Source of the DNA: Candidatus Dormiibacterota bacterium
GTDB lineage: Bacteria; Chloroflexota; Dormibacteria; Aeolococcales; Aeolococcaceae
Reading direction: 5' to 3'
NCBI GenBank assembly: GCA_963848445.1
Contig: CAWKDT010000001.1
Coordinates: 842,667-906,666, forward strand
Length of the DNA stretch: 64,000 bases
Shown: piece by piece, positions 57,842-64,000 of the stretch
Position numbering within the stretch: the first letter of the stretch is position 1
Layout of the letters: each line of letters begins with the position of its first letter
Made by a program: the position numbers and the translations under genes
The notes under the pieces: model-generated
Told to the model about the DNA's origin: nothing
What the model saw: the letters and a program-made list of their open reading frames with translations, nothing else
Database searches by the model: none

Positions 57842-59052
57842 CCCGGGTCACGGTCTACGGGGCACCGTGGTGCCCGGACTGCAAGCGCGCCAAGAAGTTC
57901 CTGGCCGAGCAGCGCGTCCCGTACGACTGGGTCGACGTCGACCGAGATGCCGAGGCGCTGCGCCACATCGAGGAGCTCCAGAAGGGCGGTCGGTCGATCC
58001 CGACGATCGTCTTCGACGGGAGCGACGTCCTCGTCGAGCCCACCAACGAGGAGCTCGCCCGCAAGCTCGGCCTCACGCTCGAGGCCAAGCGCGGCTGCTA
58101 CGACCTCGCGATCATCGGTGGCGGCCCCGCCGGGCTCGCGGCCGCGATCTACGCGGCGCGAGAGGGCATCGATGCCGTGGTCGTCGAGCGAAGCGCGCTC
58201 GGCGGGCAGGCCGGCGTGACCGAGCGCATCGACAACTACCCCGGGTTCCCCGACGGCGTCGGCGGCGCCGATCTCGCCGAGCGATTCATCGCGCAGGCAC
58301 GCCGCTACGAGGTGGAGCTGCTCAGCGCGGTCAGCGTCGAGGGCATCACGGCGGAGGGGGCGGAGACCGGCGACGTGTGCATTCGCCTTGCAAGCGGTCA
58401 GGAGATCGAAGCCCACGCGGCGCTCGTTGCGACCGGGTCGTCGTACCGCCGCCTCGGGGTGCCCGGTGAGGACGATCTCATCGGCGCGGGCGTGCATTTC
58501 TGCGCCACGTGCGACGGCCCGTTCTACCGTGGCGCGGACGAGCTTCTTGTCATCGGCGGCGGTAACTCGGCGCTCGAGGAGGGCCTCTTTCTCACCCGAT
58601 TCGCCAAGCGCATCCGCATCGTGCAGCGCGACCCTGAGCTCACCGCGTCGCGGCTCCTCCAGGACAAGGTCGGCAAGGATCCCCGCTTCGTGATCCATCG
58701 CAACACCGAGGTCGTCGAGCTCGTCGGCAAGGGCCGCCTCGAGGCGGTGCGCATCCGGGACCGCGCCACCGGCGAGGAACAGACCGTGCATCCTCGGGCC
58801 GCGTTCATCTTCATCGGCCTCGATCCCAACACCGGGTTCCTTCGCGGCAGCGTCGATCTCGATGCCCATGGGTTTGTCGAGGACAAGGGCGGCTTCCGCA
58901 CCTCGACCCCGGGGGTGTTCGCCGCGGGCGACGTCCGCGGTGGCTCGACGAAGCAGCTGGGGTCGGCGGTGGGTGACGGCATCGCGGCGCTCATCGCGAT
59001 CCGCGAGTACCTGCAGGAGCACCACGAGGTCGCCCGCCACCCCGAGGATTGA
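57838..59052 (+). CDS. trxB: glutaredoxin-like domain fused to thioredoxin-disulfide reductase
   Basis: N-terminal 80 aa VTVYGAPWCPDCKRAKKFL (CPxC redoxin). Then FAD motif GGGPAGLAAA, redox-active CATCDG and NADPH motif GGGNSALEE. Confidence 0.8.
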   Translation: MTRVTVYGAPWCPDCKRAKKFLAEQRVPYDWVDVDRDAEALRHIEELQKGGRSIPTIVFDGSDVLVEPTNEELARKLGLTLEAKRGCYDLAIIGGGPAGLAAAIYAAREGIDAVVVERSALGGQAGVTERIDNYPGFPDGVGGADLAERFIAQARRYEVELLSAVSVEGITAEGAETGDVCIRLASGQEIEAHAALVATGSSYRRLGVPGEDDLIGAGVHFCATCDGPFYRGADELLVIGGGNSALEEGLFLTRFAKRIRIVQRDPELTASRLLQDKVGKDPRFVIHRNTEVVELVGKGRLEAVRIRDRATGEEQTVHPRAAFIFIGLDPNTGFLRGSVDLDAHGFVEDKGGFRTSTPGVFAAGDVRGGSTKQLGSAVGDGIAALIAIREYLQEHHEVARHPED

Positions 59053-59077
59053 CGCCGGTCGTGCGCGATGCTATAGT
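59050..59077 (+). promoter_or_regulatory. sigma70-like promoter upstream of padR (TTGACG, 17 nt, TATAGT)
   Basis: Near-consensus -35 and -10 with a 17-nt spacer, read directly from the sequence. The -35 overlaps the trxB stop codon. Confidence 0.4.
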
Positions 59078-59089
59078 GCGAAACGCAAT

Positions 59090-59803
59090 ATGGAATCCCG
59101 CACTCGACCCAAGGACATGGTGGCCCTCACCACGCTCGGCCTGCTCAGCGAGCAACCCTGCCACCCGTACGAGATCCAGCGCCTCCTCATCCAACGGCAC
59201 AAGGGCTATGCCGTCGGCAAGACCCGGGCCCTCTACCGGGCCATCGAGGAGTTGGAGGCCCTCGGCTACATCGAGCAGCTCGAGACCAGCCGGGAGGGCA
59301 GGCGCCCGGAGCGAACCGTCTACCGGATCACGGCGGAGGGGCGGGACGAGCTCGAGAACTGGCTCGCGGACCTCCTCGCGTCGCCGGTCGACGAGCACCC
59401 GGTCTTCAACATCGCGGTCGGCCTCCTCGGCTACATCAGCCAGAACCGCGCGGAGAACGCGCTCACGATGCGAGTCCTCAGCCTGCGCGCGCGTCTCGTC
59501 GCGCTCGACGTGTCCCTCAAGCTCGCCCAGGAGGACCTGGGACTGCCCCGGCTCGTCCTGCTCGAACTCGAGCACGCGATGGCGCTCGCCGCAGCCGAGC
59601 TCGAGTGGGTGCGCTCACTCCTCAGTGACATCGAGACCGGCGTCCTCGTGTGGAACGAGGAGTTGCTGCGCGCTCATTTCGAAGCGATGCACGCCGCGGA
59701 TGAGGAGCGCCGGCGCCGGCATCACGGCGGGCATGCAATCGACGCACCGGCCCACAGCGTTCCCACAGCAGACACATCACCCACCGCAGCGGAGGCAACC
59801 TGA
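59090..59803 (+). CDS. PadR-family transcriptional regulator with C-terminal coiled-coil extension
   Basis: Winged-helix motif ALTTLGLLSEQPCHPYEIQRL...RALYRAIEELEALGYIE. An alternative start is at 59117 (MVALTT). Confidence 0.75.
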   Translation: MESRTRPKDMVALTTLGLLSEQPCHPYEIQRLLIQRHKGYAVGKTRALYRAIEELEALGYIEQLETSREGRRPERTVYRITAEGRDELENWLADLLASPVDEHPVFNIAVGLLGYISQNRAENALTMRVLSLRARLVALDVSLKLAQEDLGLPRLVLLELEHAMALAAAELEWVRSLLSDIETGVLVWNEELLRAHFEAMHAADEERRRRHHGGHAIDAPAHSVPTADTSPTAAEAT

Positions 59804-60747
59804 TGATCGAGACCCACAACCTGCGGCGCACGTTCAAGGCCCGCAAAGGCGTCGTCGAAGCGGTCGCCGGCGTGGACCTCAGCGTCAAGCAGGGCGAGAT
59901 CTTCGGATTCCTGGGCCCGAACGGCGCGGGCAAGACGACGACGCTTCGCATGCTCTCGACGCTGCTGCCGATCACGAGCGGCGAGGCCACCGTTGCCGGG
60001 TTCGACCTCCGCCACGAGCCCGCGAAGGTCCGCTACCAGATCGGCTACGTGAGCCAGGAGGGCAGCAGCGCACCCGAGGTGCCGGGGCGCACCGAGCTGG
60101 TCATCCAGGGCCGCCTCTATGGCATGAGCAAGGCGAAGGCCGCCGCACGCGCGGCGGTGCTCATCGAGGCGCTCGAGCTCGCGGACTGCGCCGACCGGCC
60201 GACCAAGAGCTACTCGGGCGGACAGCGGCGGCGACTCGATGTCGGTGTCGGGCTCATGCACCTGCCCCAGCTCCTCTTCCTGGACGAGCCGACGACGGGG
60301 CTCGACCCCCAGAGCCGGGCACGAATGTGGGACGAGGTGCGCAAGCTCCGCGACAGCGGCACCACCGTCTTTTTGACGACGCACTACCTCGAGGAGGCCG
60401 ATGTGCTCTGCGATCGCATCGCCATCATCGATCACGGCAAGATCGTCGCGAACGGCACGCCCGATGAGCTGAAGCGCCAGGTCGCCGGCGACGTCATTGT
60501 CGTCGGCACCGACAACTCGGGGGAGCAGGCGCTCGCGCTGCTGCGCGGTGAGTCGTTCGTTCGCGAGGCGACCGCCGCGAACGGGACTGTCCGGCTCTAC
60601 GTCGACCGCGGAGAGACGGCGATGCCGCAGGTGCTGCGCGTCCTCGACGCCGCGGGCATCGCCCTCGCGTCCCTGTCACTCAACCGCCCAAGCCTCGATG
60701 ACGTGTTCCTGCGTCAGACCGGGCGCTCGCTGCGCGACGCGGCATAA
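59803..60747 (+). CDS. ABC transporter ATP-binding protein (ABC-2/DrrA-like)
   Basis: Walker A GPNGAGKTT, signature YSGGQRRRL, Walker B LLFLDEPTTGLD. Overlaps padR by 1 nt. Confidence 0.85.
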   Translation: MIETHNLRRTFKARKGVVEAVAGVDLSVKQGEIFGFLGPNGAGKTTTLRMLSTLLPITSGEATVAGFDLRHEPAKVRYQIGYVSQEGSSAPEVPGRTELVIQGRLYGMSKAKAAARAAVLIEALELADCADRPTKSYSGGQRRRLDVGVGLMHLPQLLFLDEPTTGLDPQSRARMWDEVRKLRDSGTTVFLTTHYLEEADVLCDRIAIIDHGKIVANGTPDELKRQVAGDVIVVGTDNSGEQALALLRGESFVREATAANGTVRLYVDRGETAMPQVLRVLDAAGIALASLSLNRPSLDDVFLRQTGRSLRDAA

Positions 60748-60759
60748 GGAGGCACGACG

Positions 60760-61521
60760 ATGAAGCTGCTCCAGGACACGTGGCTCATGTTCCAGCGCTA
60801 TCTGATGGTGTTCCTGCGCAACCCGGCGTGGGTGATCATCGGCGTGCTCCAGCCGGTGCTGTACCTCGTGCTGTTCGCGCCACTGCTGAAGTCGCTCACG
60901 CAGACGCCGGGGTTCCCGGCGGGCGGTGCGTACAACGTGTTCGTCCCGGGACTGCTGATCCAGCTCGGGCTGTTCGGCGCGAGTGGTGTCGGGTTCGGAC
61001 TCATCGCCGAGCTTCGCGCCGGGGTCATCGAGCGGTTCCGCGTCACGCCGGTGAGCCGCTTCGCGCTGCTCCTCGGCCGCGCGCTGCGCGACATCGTCAC
61101 GCTCGTCGTGCAGTCGCTGATCCTGCTCGGGCTCGCGATCCCGTTCGGGCTGCAGCCGACCGTGTCGGGCATCTTCGTGATGCTCGGACTGGTGGCGCTG
61201 ATCGGCCTCGGCATGGCCTCGCTCGCCTACGCCGCCGCGCTCGCGCTGAAGAGCGAGGACTCGTACGCGCCGCTCATCTTCACGCTCTCGCTTCCGCTGC
61301 TCCTCCTCAGCGGCGTGCTCCTGCCGTTGCAGCTCGCTCCGGACTGGCTGCAGCACATCGCGCAGGCGAATCCACTCTCCTACGCCGTCACAGCGGCGCG
61401 CGACGTGTTCAACGGCCACGGCGCCGACCCCGACGTCTTCAAGGGCCTCGCGATCATGGCGGCGCTCGCGCTGGTCGGTGTGCTCGTCGGTGCGCGGCGG
61501 TTCAGCCGCGCGATCAGCTGA
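60760..61521 (+). CDS. ABC-2 family transporter permease
   Basis: Six TM helices, ABC-2 type. Confidence 0.8.
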   Translation: MKLLQDTWLMFQRYLMVFLRNPAWVIIGVLQPVLYLVLFAPLLKSLTQTPGFPAGGAYNVFVPGLLIQLGLFGASGVGFGLIAELRAGVIERFRVTPVSRFALLLGRALRDIVTLVVQSLILLGLAIPFGLQPTVSGIFVMLGLVALIGLGMASLAYAAALALKSEDSYAPLIFTLSLPLLLLSGVLLPLQLAPDWLQHIAQANPLSYAVTAARDVFNGHGADPDVFKGLAIMAALALVGVLVGARRFSRAIS

Positions 61522-61925
61522 CCTTTGACGCGGGACCCTGCGCCGCCGCGGGTGCATCTTCAAAGCAGGACCGCACCACGGCGCCGAGTCCCGGAAGGCT
61601 GAACGGCTTGGTGATCAGGTGGTTCGCGCCCGCCATGCGCGCCCGCTCGACATCGGCGTCGGCTGAGAGCGAGGTGAAGACGAGCACCGGCATCGACTGC
61701 GTCTGAGGTTGCGCGCGGATCTGCCTGCACACCTCGATGCCGTCGATGCCCGGCATCATGACGTCGAGGATGGCGAGGTCGAACGGCTCGGACTCGAGCA
61801 TGGACAGCGCCTCGGCGCCGTCCTGGGCCTCCTTCACCTCGAATCCTTCCATGGTGAGGTACAGCCCGACGACGTGCAGCAGGCGTGGTTCGTCATCTGC
61901 GAGCAGGATGCGCTGCTGGGTCAAC
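61514..61925 (-). CDS. single-domain response regulator (CheY-like receiver, no output domain)
   Basis: ILLADDEP...LAILDVMMPGIDG...LVFTS...KPF conserved receiver residues (DD, D, T, K). TTG start inferred. Confidence 0.7.
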
Positions 61926-62108
61926 GGGTGCGACCTCCGGGGCGCGTGGACAGATCCGTCGTCCCAGTATTGAGCGGGGGAGCCAGCCGATCTGGGGGAC
62001 CATCGTTCCGTCACCGGGCAGCGACATCCACAATCGCGTCCGTTGGCGGCCGGACCTCCTGCCCGATGATGTGCGAGATGGTGGCCGCACAGGGTCCGAC
62101 GCGATCCG

Positions 62109-63554
62109 ATGGCGAGAGCATCCATGGCTGATCCCGAAGCGCCGCGCCGAGCCACGCCCAGGCTCCTCACGGAACCGCGGCGTCCCGCTCGTATCCGGAG
62201 CCTTCGCGTGGCACCCTGGCTCGCGGTCGGCACCGTCTGCGTCGGGGCGTTCATGGGCCAGCTCGACGCGAGCATCGTCGCGACCGCACTCCCCGTGCTC
62301 CGATCCAACCTGCATGCGTCGATCGCGGCGGTCGAGTGGGTCGTGCTCATCTACGTGCTGGTGCTCGCCGGTACGGTCGCGGCGGTGGGCAAGATCGCCG
62401 ATCGCATCGGTCGCAAGCTCCTCTACACCTACGGCTTCGGCATCTTCATCGTGGGCTCGGCGGCCTGCGCGCTCGCCCCGTCGCTCGGCATCCTGGTCGG
62501 CGCGCGCTTCGTGCAGGCCGCCGGCGCGGTGCTGCTGCAGGCGAACTCGTATGCCCTCATCCGCGACGTCCTTCCACCGTCGCGCCTCGGGACGGGTCTC
62601 GGCGTGCAGGGGGCCGCGCAGGCGGTCGGCCTGAGCGTGGGCCCGGTGCTCGGCGGGGCGCTCGTCGCGATCGGCGGGTGGCGGTTCATCTTCCTGGTCA
62701 ACGTGCCGATCGGGCTGTGCGGGCTTGCGCTCGGGTGGTTCCTCCTCCCGCGAAGCACGCATCGCGATCCCGAGAGCCGTATCGACCCCGTCGGGACCGC
62801 GCTGCTGGCGGCGATCCCCTCGGTCGTCCTTGCCGCGCTGTCGCTCGCGGCGCAACCGGGAATCTCGATCTGGGTCGAGGTCGGGCTCGGCGTGGTCGCG
62901 CTCCTGCTCGTGATCGCCGCGGTACGCCGCCAGCGCGGCGTGGCGGGTTCGGTCGTGGACGTCGCCCTGGTCCGCCTCCCCGCCTTCGTCGCCGGCATCG
63001 GCGCCGCGCTGCTCTCATACGTCGTGCTCTTCGGCTGCCTCGTCGGCGTTCCCTTCTTCCTCGAGAAGACCAGGCACGTCGGCCCCGCGACCGCGGGGCT
63101 CGAGCTGAGCGTGCTGCCCGTAGCCCTCGCGATCGTGGCCCCGTTCGGCGGCCTGATCCGCGATCGCCTCGGGCCGCGCATCCCCTCCGGCGCCGGGATG
63201 GCCATCACCGCTCTTGGGATGGGGCTGCTTGCCGCGACACCGTCGAGACCGGGGCTGACGATCGCCGCGCTCGCCGTGACCGGCGTGGGCATGGGGCTCT
63301 TCATCCCGGCGAACAACGCCGCGACGATGACCGCCGCCCCAACCGCGCGCACCGGCGCCGCCGGGGGGTTGTTGAACATGTCCCGTGGGCTCGGGACGGC
63401 GCTCGGCGTCTCGGTGACGTCACTCGTCTACGCGACCGGACGCGGGCTCACGACGACGGCCCTCCTGCTGCTGGCGGTGGCGGTGGTCGCCGGTGCCGTC
63501 AGCGTGGCCCGGGGCCGCCGCCCCGACTCAGCGGTCGCCGCCTCCCACCGCTGA
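62109..63554 (+). CDS. MFS transporter, DHA2/EmrB-like (14 TM)
   Basis: DRIGRK motif, about 14 hydrophobic segments, 481 aa. Confidence 0.8.
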   Translation: MARASMADPEAPRRATPRLLTEPRRPARIRSLRVAPWLAVGTVCVGAFMGQLDASIVATALPVLRSNLHASIAAVEWVVLIYVLVLAGTVAAVGKIADRIGRKLLYTYGFGIFIVGSAACALAPSLGILVGARFVQAAGAVLLQANSYALIRDVLPPSRLGTGLGVQGAAQAVGLSVGPVLGGALVAIGGWRFIFLVNVPIGLCGLALGWFLLPRSTHRDPESRIDPVGTALLAAIPSVVLAALSLAAQPGISIWVEVGLGVVALLLVIAAVRRQRGVAGSVVDVALVRLPAFVAGIGAALLSYVVLFGCLVGVPFFLEKTRHVGPATAGLELSVLPVALAIVAPFGGLIRDRLGPRIPSGAGMAITALGMGLLAATPSRPGLTIAALAVTGVGMGLFIPANNAATMTAAPTARTGAAGGLLNMSRGLGTALGVSVTSLVYATGRGLTTTALLLLAVAVVAGAVSVARGRRPDSAVAASHR

Positions 63555-63565
63555 CCGGCCGGGGG

Positions 63566-64000
63566 TCAGGCGGCGGGTCGCGAGGCCGGATACCACCGTA
63601 CCGGCCGCTGCTCCGAGGAGCGGACGCGTCCGGAACGCTCGAGCAGGACGAGGTGCGCGAGCGTCTCGCCCACCGCGGCCCGCCGCATGAACCCATGGAT
63701 CTCCGACCAGTCGCGCGACCAGCGCAGTCGCAGGGTGGTCTCCCAGCAGGTGATGCCGGGCGACGCAACGATCGCCGCCTCGGTCTCATCGAGCCGGCGG
63801 CGGTGATGCTCGAGCAGCTCGTCGACCCGGGTCGCGAGGCCGCGAAACCGCCACTCGTGGGCGGGCAGCACCTCGTCGATGTCCATGTCGCGGACGCGAG
63901 CGAGCGCGTCGAGGAAGTCGGCGAGCGGGTTGTCCGGCTGCTGGACGTGGACGGCGACGCTGGGGCTGATTCGCGGCAGCACGTGATCGCCGCTGAACAG
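63566..64000 (-). CDS. MBL-fold hydrolase, C-terminal fragment (gene runs past the window end)
   Basis: Weak similarity to C-terminal regions of metallo-beta-lactamase-fold proteins. No stop for the N-terminal part within the window. Confidence 0.45.
   Translation of the reverse strand: MFSGDHVLPRISPSVAVHVQQPDNPLADFLDALARVRDMDIDEVLPAHEWRFRGLATRVDELLEHHRRRLDETEAAIVASPGITCWETTLRLRWSRDWSEIHGFMRRAAVGETLAHLVLLERSGRVRSSEQRPVRWYPASRPAA

Noticed and set aside
1-64000. CRISPR arrays, IS elements, integrases and prophage genes
   Set aside because: I scanned intergenic regions and ORF translations. I saw no direct-repeat/spacer arrays, no DDE or serine/tyrosine recombinase signatures, and no phage structural proteins.

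Overview
This 64-kb window has very high GC (about 70%) and reads as a core chromosomal segment of a high-GC, Actinomycetota-like bacterium. The taxonomic guess rests on gene content (NrtR, a TIGR03083/DinB-like protein, Lhr) and is inference only. Most of the window is housekeeping genes on the minus strand. There is a long division/cell-wall (dcw) cluster: mraZ-rsmH-ftsL-ftsI-mraY-murD-ftsW-murG-murC-murB-ddl-[hydrolase]-[murF with an N-terminal membrane domain]-ftsQ-[metF/ADH]-ftsA-ftsZ-nrdR-yggS-ileS-lspA-rluD-gmk-coaBC-priA-def-fmt-smpB. The 5' end carries an orphan histidine kinase, the Lhr helicase, a VapBC toxin-antitoxin pair lying against the 3' end of tmRNA (ssrA), an MFS transporter and hflX. 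The 3' third carries pepE, RNase P RNA, rnhA, trpD, two Nudix proteins (one of them an NrtR-type regulator), lon translationally coupled to a PLD-family protein, htrA, a redox operon (DinB-like, TlpA, Grx-TrxR fusion), a PadR-regulated ABC-2 exporter, an orphan receiver protein and an MFS transporter. Two RNA genes that the ORF track cannot show are readable directly: tmRNA (tag ANNAPLALAA) and RNase P RNA. I found no CRISPR array, transposase, integrase or prophage. The most unusual locus is a murF whose canonical N-terminal domain is replaced by a roughly 5-helix membrane domain. It is translationally coupled to an alpha/beta hydrolase, sits between ddl and ftsQ, and murE/murF are missing from their usual ftsI-mraY slot. 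Several essential genes (fmt, priA, ileS, possibly coaBC and yggS, and a COG1579 zinc-ribbon gene) appear frameshifted. The fmt shift sits in a 5-C homopolymer run, which points to assembly indel errors rather than true pseudogenes. I have no tools here, so coordinates of RNA ends and gene starts are approximate.
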